A stretch of 45,485 nucleotides of DNA, from positions 1 to 45,485 of the forward strand of contig CALVHY010000064.1 in assembly GCA_944329205.1 (NCBI GenBank), in the 5' to 3' direction. Positions 28,947 through 38,957 of this stretch are shown in pieces; the first letter of the stretch is position 1, and each line of letters starts with the position of its first letter. The position numbers were made by a program, and so were the translations under genes. Source of the DNA: an uncultured Bacilli bacterium (GTDB lineage Bacteria; Bacillota_I; Bacilli_A; RF39; UBA660). The notes beneath the pieces were generated by a model. The model worked only from the letters and a program-made list of their open reading frames with translations. It did no database searches and was not told where the DNA came from.

Positions 28947-30036
28947 TGTAACAAGGTCTTCCATGCCACCGTTTGAAGAGTATGTGGAAAAAATAAAGAA
29001 ATTATGGGACACAAGATGGCTTAGCAATTGTGGCGAATATCATGAACAATTAGAAAAAAAACTAGAAGAGTACTTGCAAGTTCCTAATGTATCACTTTTT
29101 AGTAATGGTCATTTATCCCTATATACAGCTATAAATGCCTTAGATTTACAAGGTGAGGTTATAACAACTCCTTTTACTTTTGTTTCAACAACCCATGCCA
29201 TAGTGCAAAATGGGCTTACACCAGTCTTTTGCGATATAAAACCAAATGATTACACCATTGATGCTGATAAGATTGAAGCTTTAATAACAGATAAAACTTC
29301 GGCTATTGTAGCAGTTCATGTTTATGGAAATGTATGTGACGTTGAAAAAATAGAAAAAATAGCTAAAAAGCATAATTTAAAGGTCATTTATGATGCTGCT
29401 CATGCTTTTGGCGTAAAATACAAGGGGATTGGTATAGGAAATTTTGGGGATATATCAATGATGAGTTTTCATGCTACCAAAGTATTTCATACTATAGAAG
29501 GTGGTGCTCTGTTATATAAAGACCATGACTTAAAAAAGAAATTGGCCAGCTTGCGAAATTTTGGCTTAACATCTCAAGAAGAATGTGAATATACAGCTAT
29601 GAATGCCAAAATGAATGAGTTTCAAGCCGCAATGGGTTTATGTAATTTACTAACTATTGATGAAGATATTTTAAAACGTAAAAAAGCTGTCGAAATTTAT
29701 CAAAGAGAGTTAAAAAACATTCCTGGAATAACTTGCTGGCAAAAGCAAGATAATGTAGAAGCAAACTACATATATTTTCCAATAGTAATAGATGAAAAGG
29801 AATATGGCCTTTCTCGAGATCAATTATTTGAATTATTAAAGAGTTACAATATAAATAGCCGAAAATATTTTTATCCTTTAGTAACTGACTTTAAATGTTA
29901 TCAGAAATATAAAAGTTATACACCTATAGCAGACGATTTAGCTAAAAAAGTTTTAACTTTGCCATTATATTCTGATTTAGAAACAGCTGATATTCTTAAA
30001 ATATGTGATATAATAAGATCTAAGAAAGGAGTATAA
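28933..30036 (+). CDS. DegT/DnrJ-family sugar aminotransferase (VioA-like)
   Basis: TTPFTF, YDAAHAFG, SFHATKVF..EGG, NAKMNE. Confidence 0.88.
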   Translation: MKQINVTRSSMPPFEEYVEKIKKLWDTRWLSNCGEYHEQLEKKLEEYLQVPNVSLFSNGHLSLYTAINALDLQGEVITTPFTFVSTTHAIVQNGLTPVFCDIKPNDYTIDADKIEALITDKTSAIVAVHVYGNVCDVEKIEKIAKKHNLKVIYDAAHAFGVKYKGIGIGNFGDISMMSFHATKVFHTIEGGALLYKDHDLKKKLASLRNFGLTSQEECEYTAMNAKMNEFQAAMGLCNLLTIDEDILKRKKAVEIYQRELKNIPGITCWQKQDNVEANYIYFPIVIDEKEYGLSRDQLFELLKSYNINSRKYFYPLVTDFKCYQKYKSYTPIADDLAKKVLTLPLYSDLETADILKICDIIRSKKGV

Positions 30037-30039
30037 CTT

Positions 30040-30912
30040 ATGACCAAAGGTATCATTTTAGCAGGAGGGAAAGGAACTAGATTATATCCCATGACTAAGG
30101 CAATTTCTAAACAACTGTTGCCCATATATGATAAACCAATGATTTACTATCCCTTATCAGTCTTGCTACTAGCAAAAATTACGGACATATTAATTATTTC
30201 TACTAATGAAGCAATTGATAATTATAAAGAACTTTTAGGTGATGGCTCAAGGATTGGCATTAATATTAGCTATAAAATCCAAGATGAGCCAAGAGGAATT
30301 GCTGATGCCTTCATAATAGGTGAAGAATTTATAGGAAAAGATGATGTTTGTTTAATCTTGGGCGATAATATCTTTTTTGCATCATCCTTATCTGACACAC
30401 TAGAGAAAGCTAAAAATAATGTTGGAGCAACTATTTTTGGATGTTCCGTAAAAGATCCTAAAGCATTTGGGGTTGTCGAAGTAGATTCTAATGGCAAGAT
30501 TCTCTCTATTGAAGAAAAACCCCAAAATCCTAAGTCTAATTTAGCCGTTCCCGGTTTATATTTTTATGATAATTCTGTTGTCGAAATAGCCAAAAGTATA
30601 AAACCATCAGCAAGAGGAGAAATAGAAATAACTTCTGTAAATAATAAATACTTAGAAGATGGAAATTTGAATTTTATACCAATGGGTAGAGGTGTAGCCT
30701 GGTTAGACACTGGCACACCTGAAAATATGCTAAAAGCAGCCGAATTTGTTGAAGCTATTCAAAGTAGACAAGGATATTATATCTCATGTATAGAAGAAAT
30801 CGCATGGCGAAAAGGTTTAATAGATGATGAACAGCTAAAAAAAATTGGAAACGAATTGAAGATGACTGAATATGGCAAATATTTATTGTCGTTATTAGAG
30901 GAGGTAAAATGA
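30040..30912 (+). CDS. rfbA: Glucose-1-phosphate thymidylyltransferase
   Basis: [35 protein letters not shown]. Confidence 0.95.
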   Translation: MTKGIILAGGKGTRLYPMTKAISKQLLPIYDKPMIYYPLSVLLLAKITDILIISTNEAIDNYKELLGDGSRIGINISYKIQDEPRGIADAFIIGEEFIGKDDVCLILGDNIFFASSLSDTLEKAKNNVGATIFGCSVKDPKAFGVVEVDSNGKILSIEEKPQNPKSNLAVPGLYFYDNSVVEIAKSIKPSARGEIEITSVNNKYLEDGNLNFIPMGRGVAWLDTGTPENMLKAAEFVEAIQSRQGYYISCIEEIAWRKGLIDDEQLKKIGNELKMTEYGKYLLSLLEEVK

Positions 30913-31919
30913 AGATATTAGTTACTGGAGGGGCAGGTTTTATTGGAAGCAACTTCTTACATTACATGGTAAATAAATATCCTAAATATAATTTTGTATG
31001 TTTAGATGCCTTAACTTACGCGGGAAACTATGCTAACTTATATCCTATATTAGATAAAAAAAATTTCAAATTTATCAAAGAAAATATAACCAATAAAATA
31101 GAAATTGATAAAATATTTGCCAGGGAGAAATTTGATTGGGTTGTTAATTTTGCCGCGGAAAGTCATGTTGATAACTCAATTAAAAATCCCCAAATTTTTT
31201 TAGAAACTAATATAATTGGAACTCAAGTATTGTTAGATGCTTCGCTTAAATACCAAGTAAAAAGATATCACCAAATTTCTACAGACGAAGTATATGGTGA
31301 CCTTCCTTTAGATAATTTAAATTTAAAATTTGATGAAAATTCGCCAATTAATCCATCTAGTCCCTATTCTGCCTCAAAAGCAGCCGCTGATCTTTTAGTT
31401 TCAGCTTATGTAAGAACCTATAATTTAAGTGCTACAATTTCCCGCTGTTCGAACAACTATGGACCTTACCAATTTCCTGAAAAATTAATTCCCGTAGTTA
31501 TTACCAAAGCAATGAATAACGAAAAAATTCCTGTTTATGGAAAAGGCTTAAATATTCGAGATTGGATTCATGTTTCGGATCACAATATAGCAGTTGATCT
31601 TATTTTGCATAATGGAACATGTGGTGAAATATATAATATAGGTGGAAATGGTGAAATGACTAATATTGACTTAGTAAAAACGATCCTCGAAAAAATGGAA
31701 AAAAATAATGACCTAATAGAATACGTCTCTGACAGGAAAGGACACGACTTAAGGTATTCTATAAATCCTGCCAAAATAGAAAATGAATTAAAGTGGAAAA
31801 AAAATATTGATTTTGAAAAAGGAATTTCCGACACAATCAACTGGTATTTAAATAATGAAGAATGGTTAGAAAATATAAAAAGCGGAAAATATAAAGATTT
31901 ATATGCAGAAAGGAAATAA
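30909..31919 (+). CDS. rfbB: dTDP-glucose 4,6-dehydratase
   Basis: [34 protein letters not shown]. Confidence 0.95.
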   Translation: MKILVTGGAGFIGSNFLHYMVNKYPKYNFVCLDALTYAGNYANLYPILDKKNFKFIKENITNKIEIDKIFAREKFDWVVNFAAESHVDNSIKNPQIFLETNIIGTQVLLDASLKYQVKRYHQISTDEVYGDLPLDNLNLKFDENSPINPSSPYSASKAAADLLVSAYVRTYNLSATISRCSNNYGPYQFPEKLIPVVITKAMNNEKIPVYGKGLNIRDWIHVSDHNIAVDLILHNGTCGEIYNIGGNGEMTNIDLVKTILEKMEKNNDLIEYVSDRKGHDLRYSINPAKIENELKWKKNIDFEKGISDTINWYLNNEEWLENIKSGKYKDLYAERK

Positions 31920-31924
31920 GTAAA

Positions 31925-33091
31925 ATGAAAATAGCAGTAGCAGGAACAGGATATGTTGGATTATCTTTAGCCGTATTATTAAGTCAACATAATAAAGTTT
32001 ATGCCTTAGACATTATTCCTGAAAAAGTAAAAAAAATTAACAATCGTATTTCCCCAATCAAGGATAAAGAAATTGAAGAATATTTAAAAGAAAAAAAATT
32101 AGATTTAAAAGCAACTTTGGATTATCAAGAAGCATTTCAAGATGCCGAATATATCATCATCTGTACCCCAACTAATTATGATGAAGAAACAAACAAATTT
32201 GATACTTCCAGCATTGAAGATATTATTGAAAAAGTATTGAGCATGGATATAGATACAACAATGATAATAAAATCAACTATTCCTGTTGGTTATACCGAAA
32301 AAATAAAAGAAAAATACAAAATATCAAATATTATGTTTGCTCCGGAATTTTTAAGAGAAGGCAGTGCCTTATATGATAATCTATATCCATCAAGAATTAT
32401 TGTTGGTGAAAAAAGTCAAAGAGCTGAAAAATTTGCTGATTTACTAAAAGAAGGTGCGCTAAAAAAAGATATAGAAACAAAATTTATAGGCAATACTGAA
32501 GCTGAAGCAGTTAAATTATTTTCTAATACCTATCTTGCCTTAAGAGTTTCCTACTTTAATGAACTAGATACTTTTGCTGAACTAAAAGGATTAAATACTA
32601 GAGAAATTATTGAAGGCGTGTGCTTAGATCCTAGAATTGGAAATCATTACAATAATCCATCTTTTGGATACGGAGGATATTGTTTACCTAAAGACACCAA
32701 ACAATTACTAGCTAACTATAAAGATATCCCCGAGAATTTAATTGAGGCCACCGTTATATCAAATGATACAAGAAAAAGACACATAGCCAATATGATTTTA
32801 AAACGTAATCCAAAAACAGTAGGTATATATCGATTAACGATGAAAAGTTCTTCCGATAATTTTAGATCAAGCGCTATTTTAGATATAATAAATTATTTAA
32901 CTAGTGCAAATGTTAAAGTAATCATCTATGAACCAGCTTTAAAGGATGATTTATTTAATACAAATGAGGTAATACATGATTTTGCCACCTTTGCTAAAGA
33001 AGCAGATGTAATCGTAGCAAATAGATTAGAGCCGGATTTAGAAAAATATCAAGAAAAGGTATATACAAGAGATTTATATAGTGTTAATTAA
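31925..33091 (+). CDS. ugd: UDP-glucose 6-dehydrogenase
   Basis: GTGYVG, PEFLREG, GYGGYCLPKD. Confidence 0.93.
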   Translation: MKIAVAGTGYVGLSLAVLLSQHNKVYALDIIPEKVKKINNRISPIKDKEIEEYLKEKKLDLKATLDYQEAFQDAEYIIICTPTNYDEETNKFDTSSIEDIIEKVLSMDIDTTMIIKSTIPVGYTEKIKEKYKISNIMFAPEFLREGSALYDNLYPSRIIVGEKSQRAEKFADLLKEGALKKDIETKFIGNTEAEAVKLFSNTYLALRVSYFNELDTFAELKGLNTREIIEGVCLDPRIGNHYNNPSFGYGGYCLPKDTKQLLANYKDIPENLIEATVISNDTRKRHIANMILKRNPKTVGIYRLTMKSSSDNFRSSAILDIINYLTSANVKVIIYEPALKDDLFNTNEVIHDFATFAKEADVIVANRLEPDLEKYQEKVYTRDLYSVN

Positions 33092-33121
33092 TGTTAAACA
33101 TGAAGAACAAAAATTAACTTA

Positions 33122-33150
33122 AAAAGAACTGAATTTTCCTCAGTTCTTTT
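33122..33150. terminator. Bidirectional terminator between ugd and glmS
   Basis: aaaagaactga-attttcc-tcagttctttt. Confidence 0.8.
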
Positions 33151-34957
33151 ATTCTACCGTAACAGATTTAGCTAAATTCCTAGGCATATCAACATCAAGC
33201 CCTTTTTCTTTGGCAATATAGTAAGCAATAAACTGCAAAGGTATAACTGCCAGTATAGGGGCTAAAATAGGATTTACTTTCGGTATTTTTATAATATCCA
33301 TATCTTTAGCTTCTTCTTTATCTGCAACCAAAACAATATTAGCTCCTCTTGCTTTAACTTCTTCCAAATTACTAAGCGTTTTTTCTTCTACTTTAGCGTC
33401 AGTTGCTATTCCAAACACGAATGTTCCGTCTTCAATAAGAGCAATAGGTCCGTGTTTAAGTTCTCCTGCTGGATATGCTTCACTATGAATATAAGATATT
33501 TCTTTTAATTTAAGTGAACCTTCCATGGCAATATTATAATCATTACCTCTACCAATATAAAACAAATCCCTAACTTTATACATTCTTTTCGCATAATCTT
33601 TATAAATATCCTTATCAGCTAGTACCACATCCATCAATTTTGGTAAATTAATAAGTTCTTCTTTTAATTTGTCACTCTCTTTACTATGACCATCTCTAAT
33701 TTCTTTTATATACAATGTTAAAGCTACCAATATACCAACCTGCGAAGTATAAGCCTTAGTTGAAGCAACCGCAATTTCTGGTCCTGCATGTGTATAAATA
33801 GTATATTTAGCCTCTCTTGTAATAGACGATTCAAAAACGTTAGTAATTGCCAAAGTTACAGCCCCTTTATCTCGAGCTAGCTTCAAAGCAGCAATTGTAT
33901 CCGCCGTCTCTCCTGATTGACTAATAAAAATACACAAAGTCTTCGCATTTATTATTGGATCTTGATATCTAAATTCACTAGCAACGCTAACTGTAACTGG
34001 GATTCTACATAACTTTTCAATAGCATATTTACCACTCAGTCCTGCATGCATCGCTGTACCACAAGCAACGATATGAATATTAGTAATACTATCTAGGTAA
34101 TCTTTATCCAAAGAAAAATTTAAAAATTCTATCTTCTTACCGATTATTCCATTTAAAGTATTTTTCAAAGCTTCCGGCTGTTCCATAATTTCTTTAAGCA
34201 TATAATCTTCATACCCATTTTTATTAGTGGCTTCCATATCCCAATCAATTTTTTTACTCTTCTTCTTTATTGGTTTAAACTCATCATTATAAAAAGTAAT
34301 CGTGTCATTTAATAAAGCCACATCCCCATCTTCCAAAAAGTAAAATTCATTGGTATAGCTAATTAAAGCGGGAATATCTGAAGCTGCAAAAATACCTGAC
34401 TCATTTTTTCCAATAACTAAAGGACTATTTTTTTTAGCCGCCAAGATTGTCTTACCAAGCAAAGGTGAAATAACAAGGATTGCATAACTACCCTTTAAAT
34501 CCTGTAGTGTCTTCCCCAAAGCTTTTAAAACATCTTTTTCTTTCTTATAATAATAATTTAAAAGCAAAGGTATAACTTCCGTATCCGTTTGGGATTTAAA
34601 AGTATAACCTTTATCTATTAAAAAGTCCTTTAGCTCCAAATAATTTTCAATAATCCCATTATGAACAACGGCAAATCTTTTTTCATCATCCATATGCGGA
34701 TGAGCATTTTCTTTGGATGGGACCCCATGAGTAGCCCATCTTGTATGAGCTATTCCAATATTTCCTTTTATATGTTCATGTTTTAATAATTCTTCTAAAT
34801 TAGCAATTCTGCCTTTATCCTTAACCACATATATTTCTTTATTTTGTAAAACGGCCACTCCTGCTGAGTCATAGCCGCGGTATTCAAGTGTTTTAAGGCC
34901 CTTAGTTAATTTAGGTAAAGCTTCATCTTTTCCCACATAACCAACAATTCCACACAT
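33149..34957 (-). CDS. glmS: Glutamine-fructose-6-phosphate transaminase
   Basis: MCGIVG, HTRWATHG, SQSGETAD, PRNLAKSVTVE. Confidence 0.97.
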   Translation of the reverse strand: MCGIVGYVGKDEALPKLTKGLKTLEYRGYDSAGVAVLQNKEIYVVKDKGRIANLEELLKHEHIKGNIGIAHTRWATHGVPSKENAHPHMDDEKRFAVVHNGIIENYLELKDFLIDKGYTFKSQTDTEVIPLLLNYYYKKEKDVLKALGKTLQDLKGSYAILVISPLLGKTILAAKKNSPLVIGKNESGIFAASDIPALISYTNEFYFLEDGDVALLNDTITFYNDEFKPIKKKSKKIDWDMEATNKNGYEDYMLKEIMEQPEALKNTLNGIIGKKIEFLNFSLDKDYLDSITNIHIVACGTAMHAGLSGKYAIEKLCRIPVTVSVASEFRYQDPIINAKTLCIFISQSGETADTIAALKLARDKGAVTLAITNVFESSITREAKYTIYTHAGPEIAVASTKAYTSQVGILVALTLYIKEIRDGHSKESDKLKEELINLPKLMDVVLADKDIYKDYAKRMYKVRDLFYIGRGNDYNIAMEGSLKLKEISYIHSEAYPAGELKHGPIALIEDGTFVFGIATDAKVEEKTLSNLEEVKARGANIVLVADKEEAKDMDIIKIPKVNPILAPILAVIPLQFIAYYIAKEKGLDVDMPRNLAKSVTVE

Positions 34958-35079
34958 ATTTTTATCCCTTCCTTACTACTAATTAAATAAATAGTACTAT
35001 AAATTTAAAATGATGTCAAACTTTTCATTTAAAAAATCTTTAAAAAATGATAAAATAATAGCATAAGACTGGTGATAAT

Positions 35080-36402
35080 ATGAAAACATTTTCTATTTTA
35101 ATAGCAAAACTAGCAATTATTTTGGGCCATCTCTTTCACCGTGGCTCATCTTTGCCCGGTAAGTTAGCTTTAAAAATTGATAAGAGGATTTTAAAAAAAT
35201 TAAAATATCCTCCCCTTAAACTTATTGTTACCGGCTCTAGTGGTAAAGGAAGCACTTCCAAATTAATAAATGATGTATTAATAGATAATAACTATACGGT
35301 ATGCTACAACAGTGCTGGCTCCAATTTAAAATATGGCTTAACTACAGCCTGCCTAAACAGTTGTAACCTTCGGGGTCAAATTAATAAAGATGTTTTAATA
35401 TTAGAAGTAGATGAAAGATATGTGAAAGAAATATATCAAGATATTCTACCTACTTATTTAATTATCACTAATATTACCAAAGATCAACCTCCAAGACAAC
35501 ATCATGTAGATCTTATTTTAAAAGAAATCGAAAAAAACATTCCCCCGCAAACCAAAATAATAATATCCATGGATGATCCTTATTTAAGAAATATAAGCCT
35601 TGCTCTTTCCAACGAGATAATATATTACAGTATTGCTCAAAATAAGTATTCCTATCAAACTTCCTTATTTGATAATTTAAATATATACTATTGCCCTAAA
35701 TGTGGTGCTAAGTTAAAATATGATTATTATAATTTTGAAACATTAGGTAAATATTATTGTCCTAGCTGTGATTTTAAATGGACTACTCCCACCCTCATAG
35801 GTCATGATCTTGATTTAGAAAAGGGCTTAATGAAAGTTTTTAATGAAAACGTAAGTATAGGCGGGGATATGCTTTTTAATGCTTACAACACTTTAGCAAG
35901 TTTTGCCTTTCTTAAAGCGGTCGGTTTAATTGATCACCAAATAAGTGCAAGTATCCAAAAATACAATCATAACAAAAACTTTGAATTTATCAAAAATAAC
36001 AAATTATATAAAGCTTTAAACTGCAAGGCTGAAAATGCCACCACTTACAATGCCTGTGTATACAAAGTATATTTAGATCCTGATTTAAAAGACGTTATTA
36101 TAGGGTGGAAAGAAATAAGTAGAAGATATAATCATTTTGATGTTTCCTGGTTATATGACATTGAATTTGAATTATTAAACAATGATTCTTTAAATAAAAT
36201 ATATGCGGTTGGTATTGATAAAGAAAATATTAAAAAAAGGCTGCTTCTAGCCCGTATTCCCGAAGAAAAAATAATTACCGCTGATTTACTAGACGAAATA
36301 AAAGCCTCAGTGGAAAAAAGTGCCGCCCAAAAAGTTTATGGCATTTTAAACTTTGATTATATGGAACCATTTAAAAGTACTTTTAAGGAGAATGTAAAAT
36401 GA
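35080..36402 (+). CDS. murT: MurT-like lipid II isoglutaminyl synthase ligase subunit
   Basis: GSSLPG, TGSSGK, LEVDE, CPKC...CPSC zinc finger, DVSWLYD. Confidence 0.8.
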   Translation: MKTFSILIAKLAIILGHLFHRGSSLPGKLALKIDKRILKKLKYPPLKLIVTGSSGKGSTSKLINDVLIDNNYTVCYNSAGSNLKYGLTTACLNSCNLRGQINKDVLILEVDERYVKEIYQDILPTYLIITNITKDQPPRQHHVDLILKEIEKNIPPQTKIIISMDDPYLRNISLALSNEIIYYSIAQNKYSYQTSLFDNLNIYYCPKCGAKLKYDYYNFETLGKYYCPSCDFKWTTPTLIGHDLDLEKGLMKVFNENVSIGGDMLFNAYNTLASFAFLKAVGLIDHQISASIQKYNHNKNFEFIKNNKLYKALNCKAENATTYNACVYKVYLDPDLKDVIIGWKEISRRYNHFDVSWLYDIEFELLNNDSLNKIYAVGIDKENIKKRLLLARIPEEKIITADLLDEIKASVEKSAAQKVYGILNFDYMEPFKSTFKENVK

Positions 36403-36995
36403 TAACTATTGCTCACCTTTATCCCTACGAACTATCTTTATATGGTGAAAATGGCAATATTAAAGCTTTAACTTATATGTTGGATAAAGAAAATATAAAA
36501 TATAAAGTTGTGTTAATAGATAAAGAAGATAAGTTAGAATTAAATAAATATGATTTTATTTACTTTGGCAGTGGTCGCCCTAAAATGCTTGAGGATGTCA
36601 AAAAACGCCTGTTACCTTACAAAGAAGATCTTCTAGCTTATATAAATAATGATAAGATCCTCTTAGCTACAGGAAATGCTATAAGTATTTTTAGCTTTCT
36701 AGGTTTATATGACATCAAGTATTATGAAAAAAGAGTAGTACATGATTGTTTAGCCACAACTTCTTTATGTAAAGGCTTAATAAAAGGGTTTCAAAACACC
36801 GAATACTTGATTGATTCTACCCAAAATATTCTGTTTAACATAAATGAAGGAGTAGGTAACCATAATACTTTATTAGAAGGTTTTAATACTAAAAACTTTT
36901 ATGCTACTTCAATTATTGGGCCCCTATTGGCAAGAAATGATAATCTATGTAAATACTTTATCGATTTATTAATTAAAAATAACCCCTTAGATTAA
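36399..36995 (+). CDS. gatD: GatD-like protein with degenerate glutaminase site
   Basis: HLYP..L.LYG..GN, GFQN, GPLLARN; coupled to murT; catalytic Cys and His absent. Confidence 0.7.
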   Translation: MITIAHLYPYELSLYGENGNIKALTYMLDKENIKYKVVLIDKEDKLELNKYDFIYFGSGRPKMLEDVKKRLLPYKEDLLAYINNDKILLATGNAISIFSFLGLYDIKYYEKRVVHDCLATTSLCKGLIKGFQNTEYLIDSTQNILFNINEGVGNHNTLLEGFNTKNFYATSIIGPLLARNDNLCKYFIDLLIKNNPLD

Positions 36996-37036
36996 GACTA
37001 ACAAAAAATATTGATCGTCTTAGTTTCATCCAAGAA

Positions 37037-37065
37037 AAAAATTAAGTCCAACCAACTTAATTTTT
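37037..37065. terminator. Bidirectional terminator
   Basis: aaaaattaagt-ccaacca-acttaattttt. Confidence 0.6.
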
Positions 37066-37171
37066 ATTTATTTTTCTTTAAATTTTTATTTATAAGTCTA
37101 ACTTTAACTCCTTTTTTTCTTGCAAAAGTCTTTTTAACACCTTTTGGTAAATTCACTTTATAAGTTTTCAT
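37064..37171 (-). CDS. 35-aa highly basic small protein (MKTYKVNLPKGVKKTFARKKGVKVRLINKNLKKNK)
   Basis: RBS GGAGGTGG, promoter TTGGCT-17bp-TGnTATAAT upstream, terminator downstream. Confidence 0.7.
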   Translation of the reverse strand: MKTYKVNLPKGVKKTFARKKGVKVRLINKNLKKNK

Positions 37172-37307
37172 ACTCCACCTCCCACTTTAATCACTTAGCT
37201 AATTATATCACTAACCCTAGAAAAAGCCAACCATAAACTCCATTCTTGACAATTAAATAGGGTAATTATATAATAAGTTTGAGCTTAAGCTCATGGAAAG
37301 GATTACT

Positions 37308-38015
37308 ATGTTAGAACTTAAAAATATAAATTTTCGGGTTGATAATAAATTAATTTTAAATAATATAAATTTAACTCTCGAAGATGATAAATTTTATTGT
37401 ATCACTGGCCCCAACGGCAGTGGCAAATCCACTTTAGCAAGAGTAATTATGGGTCTTACCAAACCGGATTCTGGAAGTATTATTTATAATGGTCAAGACA
37501 TCACCAATTTAAGTATCGAAAAAAGAGCTAAACTAGGAATTGGTTTTGCCCTTCAAACTCCCGTTACTTTTAAAGGCCTAAGCGTCTATGATATTCTAAA
37601 AATAGCTATAGGTCATGATCTTACCAAAAAAGAAGCCTGTGCGATTTTATCGAAGGTCGGTTTATGTGCCAAAGAATATATTGATCGGGAATTAAATAAT
37701 ACTTTATCAGGTGGTGAATTAAAGCGAATTGAAATAGCTACTGTCATAGCTAGATCTCCAAGCCTTTCCCTTTTTGATGAACCCGAAGCTGGCATTGATT
37801 TATGGAGTTTTAAATATTTAACAGGTATTTTTAAAGAGATTAGCACCAAGAAAAAAGGTACAACGGTTGTTATATCTCATCAAGAAAGACTTTTAAATCT
37901 CGCGGATATCATTATTTTATTAGAAGATGGCAAGGTTAAAGAAGTGGGCAATAAAGATACTATGCTAAATGATATTTTTAAACCCGACTGTATGAAAGGT
38001 GATCACGATGAATAA
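37308..38015 (+). CDS. SufC-like ABC ATPase
   Basis: GPNGSGKS, LSGGELKRIE, FDEPEAGIDLWS. Confidence 0.85.
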   Translation: MLELKNINFRVDNKLILNNINLTLEDDKFYCITGPNGSGKSTLARVIMGLTKPDSGSIIYNGQDITNLSIEKRAKLGIGFALQTPVTFKGLSVYDILKIAIGHDLTKKEACAILSKVGLCAKEYIDRELNNTLSGGELKRIEIATVIARSPSLSLFDEPEAGIDLWSFKYLTGIFKEISTKKKGTTVVISHQERLLNLADIIILLEDGKVKEVGNKDTMLNDIFKPDCMKGDHDE

Positions 38016-38925
38016 TACTGATAAATCTTTATTAAAAGAAATTAGTGAAACATTAAATGAAAAAGCTGAAGTTTACAATATTCGCAAAAATGGTCAAAGT
38101 ATTGAGCGCAAAGTAAATGATTATATTAATATTGTCACCAAAGAAAATATTAGTGGTATTGATATTTATGTGAAGGAAAATACGCTTTTTGGCATTGTCC
38201 ACATTCCGGTTATCATTACCGAAAGTGGCTTAACAGATGTTGTATACAATGATTTTTATATAGGTAAAAATGCCAATGTTATCATTTTTGCTGGCTGCGG
38301 CATCCACAATGATGAACACAAAGATTCCGAACATGATGGTATTCACCGTTTTTATCTCGATGAAGGTGCTAAAGTAAAATACGTGGAAAAGCACTATGGT
38401 GAAGGAAAGGGCAGGGGTAAAAAAACTCTTAATCCAACCACAGAAATATACATGAAAGAAAATTCTTCCCTGACTATGGATAGTACTCAAATAAAAGGCG
38501 TCGATGATACAATTCGTCTTACCAAAGCAAGTCTAGCTAGTAATGCCACTCTTGAGATATCCGAAAAAATTCTTACCACCCAAAAACAAACCGCAAAAAC
38601 CGCGTTTATTGTCGATTTAAACGGTGAAAACGCTAGTGTCCATGTAACCAGTCGCAGTGTAGCCGAAGGCTCATCTTATCAAGAGTTTGTCTCCAATGTT
38701 ACGGGCAACACTAAATGCTATGCCCATATCGAATGTGATGCTATTATCAAAGATAATGGTAATATCAAAGCTATTCCTGAAATTTACGCTAAAAATATTG
38801 ATGCTAATTTAATTCATGAAGCTGCTATTGGTAAAATTGCTGGAGATCAACTAAAAAAATTAATGACCTTAGGCTTAAATGAAAGTGAAGCTGAAGAAGT
38901 TATTATCAAAGGATTTCTAAAATAA
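38008..38925 (+). CDS. SufB/SufD-family Fe-S scaffold
   Basis: AGCGIH, HIECDAII, A.P, LIHEAAIGKIA..QL.KLMTLGL. Confidence 0.88.
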   Translation: MNNTDKSLLKEISETLNEKAEVYNIRKNGQSIERKVNDYINIVTKENISGIDIYVKENTLFGIVHIPVIITESGLTDVVYNDFYIGKNANVIIFAGCGIHNDEHKDSEHDGIHRFYLDEGAKVKYVEKHYGEGKGRGKKTLNPTTEIYMKENSSLTMDSTQIKGVDDTIRLTKASLASNATLEISEKILTTQKQTAKTAFIVDLNGENASVHVTSRSVAEGSSYQEFVSNVTGNTKCYAHIECDAIIKDNGNIKAIPEIYAKNIDANLIHEAAIGKIAGDQLKKLMTLGLNESEAEEVIIKGFLK

Positions 38926-38929
38926 AAGG

Positions 38930-38957
38930 AGTAACTAGGCCAAATCTAGTTACTTTT
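38930..38957. terminator. Hairpin between the convergent sufB-like gene and uvrB
   Basis: agtaactag-gccaaat-ctagttact. Confidence 0.6.

Noticed and set aside
34958-35079. glmS ribozyme
   Set aside because: The intergenic region is ~120 bp, AT-rich, shared with the divergent murT promoter, and lacks the conserved core.
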